Origin: Thermoplasmata archaeon
Lineage (GTDB): Archaea; Thermoplasmatota; Thermoplasmata; RBG-16-68-12; JAGMCJ01
NCBI GenBank assembly: GCA_046761045.1
Contig: JBHIFJ010000007.1
Location: 74 to 64,073, forward strand
DNA: 64,000 bases
Direction of reading: 5' to 3'
Under the pieces are notes generated by a model. That model was not told the DNA's origin. It did not search any database and saw nothing but the letters and a program-made list of their open reading frames with translations. A program made the translations under genes and the position numbers. Shown one piece after another: positions 22,890-31,700 of the stretch; position 1 is the first letter of the stretch; each line of letters begins with the position of its first letter.

Positions 22890-23881
22890 CTTCTGAAAAG
22901 GCAGAAATGCCTTGTGAGGGACTTGTGGACCCTCAGGGAATGAGAGGTCTCAAGATCCATGTATTCCTCTCCGAGATTGACGAGGTCCTTCTCCGGAACG
23001 ATTATCGCGAGGTTTCTTCGCTTGTCCAGGACACGGGAAAAGACCTCGAAAGACTTCGAATAGAGGTCGAGGATGTCCCTTCCCTTGGTGGTTGTCGAGC
23101 GACCATAGGGCGGATCCGTGGCTATTGCCTGAACGCTGCGCACGTGACTCTCTAGGTCCTGGACATCCGCTTGGAAGAGATCAGCCTTGATGTTGAACTT
23201 CCTCAGGTTCACCCCGCAGCCGGTCACCATGTCCACCCTCAAATCGCTGCCTATGGGAATGGCCCCCACGAGCCCGGCCTCGATGAGAATGCCTCCCGTG
23301 CCACAGAAGGGATCGAGCAGTATCTCGCCCTTCCTGACTCTGGTCATATTCACGAGAAGCCGCGCAAACTTTGGATGCAGAGATATCGGATAGGAGAAAG
23401 GCCGCAGGGCGACCTTGCGCCTTTCGAAGGAACTCCTGTCCACTTCGTGCCTTTGAATCGTCAAGTAGGTCTCGTCTCCAAGGAGCACTCTAACGATCGT
23501 GGAAGGACTCACGAGGTCAATCGAATGCGATCTGGCGAAGATTTCACCGAACCGGCTCTCAATTTCCGAGCATCTCTCCTTTCTCGTTCTCGAAATCTTC
23601 CTGCACCTGACGGCAACGCTCCCGCCAAACTCCATTTCGCGGGCGGCCTCCATGAGGCTGTCCAAGCTCCCTGACTCAACAATCTCGTTCACCCTGTGAC
23701 AGAGGGCAATCCTCTCTCCTATTTCCCTCGGCTCGACTTCCGTTTCCACTATAGCGATGGAATCTCGCTTTGTCACCGTTGCAGCGCTGTCCTGGAGCGC
23801 GTCCACGACTGCGGATGCCTCCAAGCGCGGGAGATCGGGATGTTCCCCCGAGAGCTCAAGAAGGAGTCTCACGGCGGTCAA
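22886..23881 (-). CDS. trmG10: THUMP-domain tRNA (guanine-N2) methyltransferase, Trm-G10/Trm11 family
   Basis: ELSGEHP N-terminus, RPF..PISLHPKFAR..VN, LDPFCGTGG and TDPPYGR. Confidence 0.88.
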   Translation of the reverse strand: MTAVRLLLELSGEHPDLPRLEASAVVDALQDSAATVTKRDSIAIVETEVEPREIGERIALCHRVNEIVESGSLDSLMEAAREMEFGGSVAVRCRKISRTRKERCSEIESRFGEIFARSHSIDLVSPSTIVRVLLGDETYLTIQRHEVDRSSFERRKVALRPFSYPISLHPKFARLLVNMTRVRKGEILLDPFCGTGGILIEAGLVGAIPIGSDLRVDMVTGCGVNLRKFNIKADLFQADVQDLESHVRSVQAIATDPPYGRSTTTKGRDILDLYSKSFEVFSRVLDKRRNLAIIVPEKDLVNLGEEYMDLETSHSLRVHKSLTRHFCLFRS

Positions 23882-23947
23882 ATCCCCTCCAGGGATTTCA
23901 TCCTATCGGCGCGTGTGGTTTATTAGCCCAAAGTTTCATTACCGCAT

Positions 23948-24385
23948 GTGCTCAGGATACGGGAGTTCAGTCCCACGGACCTCAAAGTGGTCAGGAGCAT
24001 ATCCCAGAAGGCCTTGAACGAGAGATATTCGCGGGACTTCTTTCTGAGGATATACGAATGGTGGAGGGGCGGGTTTGTCATAGCCGAGATGTCAGGAGCG
24101 GTTGTCGGCGTTCTAGCCGCTACTCGGACCAGTACGACGACCGCCAGGATTCTCATTCTCGTCGTGAGGGAGGACTTCCGCTCCCGCGGCATTGGGACCG
24201 CATTGATGAACGATTTCCTCACCCGCGTCGCAAGCGAAGGCATCAGAACGGTGGAACTCGAGGTCAGGAAGTCAAACTTGCAGGCAAGGAGGTTCTATCA
24301 GAAGCTCGGATTCGAGACGATAGACCTGATTCCAGGTTTCTATACAAATGGCGAGGACGCCGTCAAGATGGCAAAGCCCCTCTAG
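23948..24385 (+). CDS. rimI: GNAT N-terminal acetyltransferase (RimI/Ard1 family)
   Basis: FRSRGIGTAL acetyl-CoA motif, LEVRKSNLQARRFYQKLGF and FY.NGEDA. Confidence 0.85.
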   Translation: MLRIREFSPTDLKVVRSISQKALNERYSRDFFLRIYEWWRGGFVIAEMSGAVVGVLAATRTSTTTARILILVVREDFRSRGIGTALMNDFLTRVASEGIRTVELEVRKSNLQARRFYQKLGFETIDLIPGFYTNGEDAVKMAKPL

Positions 24386-25911
24386 CCGTAGCCCCTCTTG
24401 TCGTCGTGCACGTGGTAGTTCCAGTAATGATAGGGTGAAGTGCTTCTCTGAGAATCGCTCGCCTCGGAGGCCACACCAGAGTAGTATGAACCGTATCTCT
24501 CCATTATCTGCTCCTCGATCGTTCTGGCCCTCTTGATCGCCTTCTTGATGTGGATGTCCTCGATGAACTCGGAGCCCTCGGCCTTGGCGAGATCCCCGGC
24601 GGACCTTATCAGCCCGCCCATTTCCCTTAGTCTCAGGCTGAGCGACTTCTCCTTGTGCTCCATCTCCCTTGCCCTCTTCCTTGCCTCTTCGATAACCGCA
24701 CGAAGCCCCGTGTTCGATAAATGCGGGATTCGCTTGTCCATTGCGATCTCCTGGGCGGCGAACTGAGCGAGCTTTGCCCTGTTCCTCTCGTTGTCTGGCA
24801 TGGTGGTCTCAACGAGAACCTCGTAGCCAGAGCCAGAGACTCTCGATCTCAGTGGAGAGAGGATATTCTGCAGGTCTTGGATATTGCAGGCTCCGACGAA
24901 GATGAAGTCGCAAGGGACCGCGTCGACACGAACGCTCGCGCCCGCACTCTGCGGATTCCTGCCGCTAATTGGGAAGCTCTTTTCCTGCATGGCTGTTAGA
25001 ATGTATCTTTGAAGGAATCCGAGCTGGGGCAGCTCGTCTATGAAGAGGACACCCTGATGGGCCTCGTGAATCGAGCCCGGGACAACCCTCTCGTAGGGCT
25101 CCGTCCCGAGCTGGGGATGTCCTCCGTATGGGTCATGCTTCACATCTCCCAAGAGCTCGGTCTCACTTGCACCCGTTGCCAGTACGAATGGATTCCTGCT
25201 CAGCGGTACGAGAACCTTCCGCGGACTGATCTTCTCCATCTCCCTCCTCTTCTCGAGCGCCTTCTGATCGAGGACCTTTATCATCTCTCCCGCCCGCTCG
25301 AAGACAACGACCTCTTCTTTCCCGAATCGCTGTCGGGTCGTCGTGACCCTGTCTCGTCCGCCGAGCTGACCTATTGTGACTTCCACTATCCCACCGAGGA
25401 GGTCTCCAAAGGGATTTCCCGTCCCTTGGGTCATCGTGGCCTTGGGTCGCGAGCACTTCGGGCATACCCTCTCCCTGTGGGAGCTGTATATGCCGCAGTT
25501 CACACACTTGTATCCCAGTCGTTCAGCAACATTGATGGGAGCCTCCTTCGGGTCTATCAGTTCGCCCTCGGCGCCCTTCATTTCCCTCTCTTCCCTGACG
25601 ACTTCGTCCTTGGCCTTAATCTCCACGAGGGGACGCTCGGGATTCTCTGGGTTGTGGACGATTCTTATCTCGTTGGTCGGACGGGGAAGATGCAGAGAGA
25701 GTGCCTGTGCTATCATTGACTTGCCTGTGCCTGGAGGTCCCACCAGGAGGAGATGTCTCCTTTGGCTGGCAGCGATTCTGGCGAGGTCGACCGCCTCCTC
25801 TTGGCCCACCACTCTAGCCAATGGATCAGAGGGGATTATCACACAGGAAGTGTCCTCAACCTCATCGATTGAGAAGCCTTTCTCTGCGTCAAGGTAGGGT
25901 TCTTTCGGTAT
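24382..25911 (-). CDS. Lon-related AAA+ ATPase lacking the protease domain, with Zn-ribbon insertion
   Basis: VVGQEEAV, Walker A GPPGTGKS, LLGDVKHDPY, Walker B LFIDE, LSPLRSR and LRLREMGGLIR. CxxC..CxxC insert. No Ser-Lys protease domain. Start may be ATA 25911 rather than GTG 25842. Confidence 0.85.
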   Translation of the reverse strand: MPKEPYLDAEKGFSIDEVEDTSCVIIPSDPLARVVGQEEAVDLARIAASQRRHLLLVGPPGTGKSMIAQALSLHLPRPTNEIRIVHNPENPERPLVEIKAKDEVVREEREMKGAEGELIDPKEAPINVAERLGYKCVNCGIYSSHRERVCPKCSRPKATMTQGTGNPFGDLLGGIVEVTIGQLGGRDRVTTTRQRFGKEEVVVFERAGEMIKVLDQKALEKRREMEKISPRKVLVPLSRNPFVLATGASETELLGDVKHDPYGGHPQLGTEPYERVVPGSIHEAHQGVLFIDELPQLGFLQRYILTAMQEKSFPISGRNPQSAGASVRVDAVPCDFIFVGACNIQDLQNILSPLRSRVSGSGYEVLVETTMPDNERNRAKLAQFAAQEIAMDKRIPHLSNTGLRAVIEEARKRAREMEHKEKSLSLRLREMGGLIRSAGDLAKAEGSEFIEDIHIKKAIKRARTIEEQIMERYGSYYSGVASEASDSQRSTSPYHYWNYHVHDDKRGYG

Positions 25912-25921
25912 TCAGACACCT

Positions 25922-27142
25922 CTACAGCTCAAAGTCCCTTCTTGTCCAGACCTCGATCGTGGTCGGTTGCTTGGTCACGTTGCCGAGTTTGGACCCCACT
26001 ACCGCGGTCATTCCTTTGTCCGCGGCAATGTCGAGGATTCTCTGAGTGATTATCCCGTCGAAGACGACCGCTGAAAATGGCTTGTTGCTCGTTCTCAGCG
26101 AATCAACGAGGTCCCTGACCGGGATTTCATTCTTGACTCTGTTCTCCTCGTCCAGTAGCCTGGCCTTGGAGGATCCCGAGAGGGCAATGAGCATGTCCCG
26201 GAATTTCTCCAGCCTCGGCGTGAGCTTCCTTTCGGGCTGAGTGGAGGCGGGAGTTGCCCGCGGTGCGACCTTGGCGGGCGCTGGCTCCTCCTTCTTCTTG
26301 TCTATTCCCGTCAGGCCGTACATCTCTATGTACTGTTCCGCTGGAATCTTGTTCCTGAGGCCCTTCATTATCTGCTTCTGGGTGAGTTCCTCGACCTCTC
26401 TGCCTCTGGGCGCTCTCGCTATGAAGTCGACTTCTGCGACTTGGAGGAGCTCTCTGAGGATAAGGTCCCCGCCCCTGTCACCGTCAACGAAGGCAGTGAG
26501 GACTCGCTCCTTCGAGAGATCCTGTATCGACTTCGGAATGTTCGTACCCTCGGCCGCGATGGCGTTCTTCACGCCGCTCTTGAGGAGATTGAGCACATCG
26601 GATCTTCCTTCCACCACGATAATCGCATCGGAGTCCCGCACGTTGGGTCCCGCAGTTAACTTGTCCGGTCCGTACGTTATTACCTCTTCCACCTGGACGG
26701 CGGACCTCACGCTCTTCGTGAGGTCAAGACCCGTCGTCTTTGACTCCTCGACGAGCTTCGTGAGGATTTCCTTCGCTCTTTCCACTATCTTCTGCCTCTT
26801 TGTCAGTCGGACGTCTTCGACCTTCTCAACAGCTATACGGGCCTTACAGGGGCCCACTCTGTCTATGGTTTCCAGTGATGACGCCAGAATGGCAGTCTCT
26901 ACCTGATCGAGACTGGACGGAATGGATATTGTACCCTCCGACCTTCCTCGCTTTGATGAAACCTCAACCTCAATCCTGCCGATCCTCCCGCCCTTCTGCA
27001 AGTCACGCAGATCGAGTTCATCACCAAGAAGACCCTCAGTCTGACCAAAGATCGCACCGACAACATCAGGCTTTTCCACTATCCCATCTGCTTCCATTCT
27101 TGCCTGAATCATGTACTTCGTTGTTGTTGGGTCTAAGTTCAT
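25922..27142 (-). CDS. dnaG: Archaeal DnaG primase-like protein (exosome-associated)
   Basis: TTKY.I.A....GIVEKPDVVGAIFGQTEGLLG..LDLRDLQK.GRIGRI, plus TOPRIM VVEGRSD..DGDRGG. Confidence 0.96.
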   Translation of the reverse strand: MNLDPTTTKYMIQARMEADGIVEKPDVVGAIFGQTEGLLGDELDLRDLQKGGRIGRIEVEVSSKRGRSEGTISIPSSLDQVETAILASSLETIDRVGPCKARIAVEKVEDVRLTKRQKIVERAKEILTKLVEESKTTGLDLTKSVRSAVQVEEVITYGPDKLTAGPNVRDSDAIIVVEGRSDVLNLLKSGVKNAIAAEGTNIPKSIQDLSKERVLTAFVDGDRGGDLILRELLQVAEVDFIARAPRGREVEELTQKQIMKGLRNKIPAEQYIEMYGLTGIDKKKEEPAPAKVAPRATPASTQPERKLTPRLEKFRDMLIALSGSSKARLLDEENRVKNEIPVRDLVDSLRTSNKPFSAVVFDGIITQRILDIAADKGMTAVVGSKLGNVTKQPTTIEVWTRRDFEL

Positions 27143-27326
27143 GCTTACACCTTCTTGAGAAAAACGACAGCAGACAAACCACTGTGCCTATGACAATTCC
27201 TCGCTCTCATATGCAAACATACGAATGCCTGATGAACGAATGATAGTGAGCATGATTGATCTAGCGTCGTTTCTCGATATCTAAGTGGGATAGGTTCTAT
27301 TTAACCGTTTCGTCATGTCGCGAGCT

Positions 27327-27713
27327 TCAGCGTGAGCCAGGGAACTTGGACAGCAGTTTCGGCAGCCCCTCGACGTCCTTTATTTCCTTCCGTACGAGAA
27401 AGGCTATCTGCTTTCTGAATTCATCATCGTACGGTATGCCGTTGGCCTTCAGCCCGTCACGAAGCGCCCTTGCAAGCCTGCCACCTTTCCTGTCCCAGTC
27501 CGTAAGGATGACGACCTTGTCGTGCCTCACGAGCCCCTCGCAGAAATTGAAGACTGAGTCGCCCCTGTCGAGTCTGAGGATTTTCCCGGAGAGGCCCAAG
27601 CTCCTCAGCGCCCTTTCGTCCTTTCTGCCTTCAACGATGACAGCGTGCGCGTCATTCTCTTCTCTCAGTCTCTCGATAAGCTGAACCAGCTCCTCCGCTT
27701 GTTCCTGCCTCAT
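27327..27713 (-). CDS. Small TOPRIM-domain protein (UPF0292/RNase M5-like)
   Basis: VIVEGRKD..AL..LG, ILTDWDRKG and IKDVEGL. Confidence 0.85.
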   Translation of the reverse strand: MRQEQAEELVQLIERLREENDAHAVIVEGRKDERALRSLGLSGKILRLDRGDSVFNFCEGLVRHDKVVILTDWDRKGGRLARALRDGLKANGIPYDDEFRKQIAFLVRKEIKDVEGLPKLLSKFPGSR

Positions 27714-28024
27714 TCCAACGCCTGCATAAGCACTTCGAGCGCAGTCTCGATCGCGATACCTTCCACCATGATGGTCTTCCTTCTTGAGTGGTCTCCTTCA
27801 GTTATCCTGACTGCACCCCGCTCCACTCCGAATAGGTCGCTCATCAGCTCTACGAGCTCTCTGTTGGCGGCTCCGCCCTGCGGTCTCTGCTTCAAGGACA
27901 CCCTTATTCTCTTCCGCCATTCATCGTATCCTTGGACCGAAGATTCCTTCGAGTGGGGGACGACCTCCAGGCGGACGGATACGGCCTTGGCGTGGGCTAT
28001 CAGGGCTTCCTCCATCATTCCCAT
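27710..28024 (-). CDS. DUF167/UPF0235 family protein
   Basis: V.P.SK....GYDEWR..I...P..G.AN.EL..L..V.I..G..SRRK. Confidence 0.85.
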   Translation of the reverse strand: MGMMEEALIAHAKAVSVRLEVVPHSKESSVQGYDEWRKRIRVSLKQRPQGGAANRELVELMSDLFGVERGAVRITEGDHSRRKTIMVEGIAIETALEVLMQALE

Positions 28025-28091
28025 GCAAAAGCCTCAGCGGGATATTAAGCCTTCCCGAGAAGCATAAAATACTCTCGCAAGCATTAGGACC

Positions 28092-28682
28092 TTGATGGAT
28101 GAGGAGATTTCCTTCAGGAGAATCACGCGTCTCTACCGCGAGGAGAGCTCCAAGAGGTCTCTGACTCCACTCGAACCCGATTTTTTCAACAAGCTTGGCT
28201 CGTACCTGGAGGGTCTTGAGGCAAGAGTGAACGAGGAACGCTCCAAGAACCCGCATTCGAAGGCAGCTACACTTCTATCGGATGAGTACAGGAAGGCCTC
28301 CAGGAAACGGGACCAGGTGTTTCGCCTGCGCTCCCGAAAGATAGCTAATCTGGCGGCGTCCAAGGCGAGCGGTGCATCTGTGGATCTTGAGCCACTGACG
28401 AGGCAGGAGCTGGCCATGTTCGAAGGCATCGTCACGCTGATCTCGGAGGCGAAGGCGGGAATCTATGGTTCGGAAGAGGCGAAACCAGTCGTCCAGAGGC
28501 CTGAAGTGGCTCCCTCTCAGCCATCGCAGAACGTCGTTCTCCGGATACTGGAGGACATCCCATCGTTTGCTGGGGTGAAAGGGAACTACAGTCTCAAGAA
28601 GGAGGATGTTGCCAGCCTTCCGAGGAAGGTCGCTGGGATTCTCATTGAGAAGGGAAAGGCTCAGGAAATCAAGGTTCAATAA
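28092..28682 (+). CDS. GINS complex subunit (Gins51-like, A-B domain order)
   Basis: REE....L..L..DFF..R.RKI helical A domain, then B domain VLRILEDIPSFAG....YSLKKEDVASLP..A.ILI.KGKA. Confidence 0.85.
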   Translation: MMDEEISFRRITRLYREESSKRSLTPLEPDFFNKLGSYLEGLEARVNEERSKNPHSKAATLLSDEYRKASRKRDQVFRLRSRKIANLAASKASGASVDLEPLTRQELAMFEGIVTLISEAKAGIYGSEEAKPVVQRPEVAPSQPSQNVVLRILEDIPSFAGVKGNYSLKKEDVASLPRKVAGILIEKGKAQEIKVQ

Positions 28683-28722
28683 AAAAGGTGGAAAGGTGGG
28701 TGCCAGCGGCACCCTTCGAAGC

Positions 28723-31700
28723 CTATTCTTCCTCTTCCGGCAGTATTTCCATCTCCTCTGGTGGCGGAAGCTCCTCCTCTTCTGGCTTCTTCCTCTTCAT
28801 CATCATCAGGGCCAATATCACGATGATGATAATGACTATGATGACGGGGAAGATCCACCAGAACTTCTGGAGGAATCCTGTTTCCTGCCACTTGGCTGTC
28901 ACCGTCTTCGGTTCATTCATCACGATGGTGTCTGAAGCCTTTGTAGAGGTGGAATCACCACTCCAGCCAGTGAACTCCCATTCCTTGCCCTCTGCGGTTG
29001 TCGGCGTGGTGACAGAGAATGTCGCCGTCTCGCCCTCATTGTACCAGCCCTCTCCCTGAGGACTGCCCTTGTCCGAGGTGACTGTGAGGTAGTACTGGGT
29101 GATCCATGTCGCAGTGACTGTCTTTGGCTCGTTCATGGTCACGGAGGCCGATGCACTCGTTGAGGTCGAATCGCCACTCCATGCCTGGAACACGTATCTC
29201 GTATCGGTGACTCCAGCTTGCAGATAGGGTGACGTTACTGAGAATGTTGCCGTTGCCCCCTCAGCGTGCCAGCCCTCGCCTTGTGGATCCCCGTAGGCTG
29301 ATGTCACCGTCAGTAGGTACTCTGTCGTCCATGTCGCAGTGACTGTCTTTGGCTCGTTCATGCTAATCGATGCAGTTGGAGTTTGTTCCGTTGAATCGCC
29401 ACTCCATGCCTGGAACACGTATCTCGTATCGGTGACTCCAGTCTCCTGGTATGGTGTCGTTACGGAGAAAGTTGCCGGTGTGCCCTCGGCATACCAGCCC
29501 TCGCCTTGTGGATCCCCGTAGGCTGATGTCACCGTCAGATAGTGCTCCGCTGCAAACAGAGCCGTGGCAGTCTTGGGGGCATCCATCAATACAGGGCCTG
29601 ACTGCGCGTAGTCAGTTCCTGAAGCATCACCGGACCATTGTGTGAATAGGTATCTCGTCTGGCCAACAGTGTACATGTCAGCATCAAGACCTGCGTATGC
29701 CGTCTCACCAGAGTCGTACCAACCCTCGCCAGACGCCGTTCCATGAGTGGTGTCAACTGTCAGGTAGTACTGGGTCGTGAACGTGACGGTTAGCGTGTCG
29801 GGTCCTGTGACCGTCACCTGGTGAGCTTGGGTTCCGCTGTCACTCCAGGAGGCAAAGACGAACTGCTCGCCCGTCGTTCCTGCTTGTGGGCTGGCAGCAT
29901 CCACGTCATGAGTGGACCCACTGTCCCACCAGAAGCTCTGAGGCGCCGTAAGGGCGTTCAGGTCCACGATTATCTCCAGTCCTGCTGGGCTTGTGGTGAT
30001 GGTCACTTCGTACTGTGTGGTGTAGTCTGCTGTCAGCGTCTTGGGCATGTCACAGATGATGTTGTGTGTCCGCGCTCCACCGTCGCTCCAGGACGCAAAT
30101 GCGTATTGCACTCCTGGTCCGCCACTGTAGACGTCAACGGCAGAAATGGTGGGGTTTGCCCCCTCATCGCACCAGAAGGCATACGGGGTCAGGTACTGCA
30201 TTCCGTCAACGGTGACTGTCACTGCCACAGGGGTCGAGTCAAGGGTGACCTCGAACTGATGGATCATGTATGCAGTGTAGGTCGTCGACGCCGTCACGAT
30301 GATGCTGCGCGACTTCGACGGGTCATCGTTCCAGGTATCGAATATCCACTGCTCGCCTGGAATCCCTGGTTGTGGCTCGGTGACGTCCAGTGTGTGCGGA
30401 GATCCTGACTCCCACCAGAATTCCTGCGGTGTGGTGTAGGGAGTCCCATCCGCCCATATCTCTCGTCCTACCGGATCTGATGTGATTGTAACCTTGTATT
30501 TGAGTACAAAGGTCGCGGTATAGATGGACGGGCCAGACACATCGATGTCATGCTGTTGAGCGCCTAGGTCGCTCCAGCTCGAAAACTCGTATCTGCTCGA
30601 ACCTACGACCAAGTCCTGAGGCGATGTTGCGTTGAGGTTGTGCGTCGATCCATCGACCCACCAAGGCTGATAGGGTGTGTTGCGGACTGTGCCATCGACC
30701 TCGATCAGGAGTGTTGGTGGGATCGTCGATATGGTCAAGCGGTATTCCAGGACGTAGTTTGCCGTGTACGTGTTGGGGCTGTCACAGGTTATCGAGTGGC
30801 TCTGCCCGGCGCCATCGCTCCAGTTGCTCCACACATACCGAGTGTCGGTAATCGGAGCGCCCCCGGGCATCTGAGGCGAATTCGCATTCAGTGTGTGCAA
30901 CGAACCCGCATTGCACCAGAATGAGTAGTCGGTCCACTGCTGGCCACCGTCGACGTCTATGGCCAGATTAGTCACCGGCGTGGATGAGATTGTCACTAAG
31001 TACTGAGTATCGAAGTAGGCGGTGTAGGTTGCTGGACCCGTTACAGGGGCTGTGAGATGGGCTTGTGCTCCGCCATCGCTCCAGAATATCCACACAGCCT
31101 GAGTATTCGCGGTGCCCTGCGGTGACGGTGCGTTCATGCTCACTTGGTAGCCAACATCAAACCAGTCCAAATACGGGGCTGGATCATGTACAACTCCTTC
31201 AACCTCGATCTGCAGTCCCTGTGGGTTGGTCGAAAAGTTCAGCAGATACTGAGTCACGAAGTTCGCCGTGTGGGTCGCGGGCGCACTGCAGAATATATTC
31301 TTCGGGTTTGACCCTCCTGTATCCCAGTTGACCCATCGATACCTCATTGTGGATGACTGAGGTTGTGGTGACGGAGCTCCAATCTGCGCTGGCGTGCCCT
31401 GAGCGCACCAGAATGAGTAGAGAGCAGTGTGTTCGACGCCACCCACGGTCACGTTCAATCCGGGCGGATTGGTGTTGACATCTATTCTGTACTCGACACC
31501 GAAGTTCGCCGTATAGGTCGCGGGATTACTGACGGTGATATCATGGGTCTGCGCACCGCCGTCGTTCCAGCTCAGGAAGGCATACTGACTCTGTGGATTG
31601 ATGGGCTGCGGTGACGGTGCGTTTATCGTGACCACATCTCCCACATCAAACCAGAGGCTCTTCGGGGTCGCGTAAACAACAGTGTCCACCTCCACATTGA

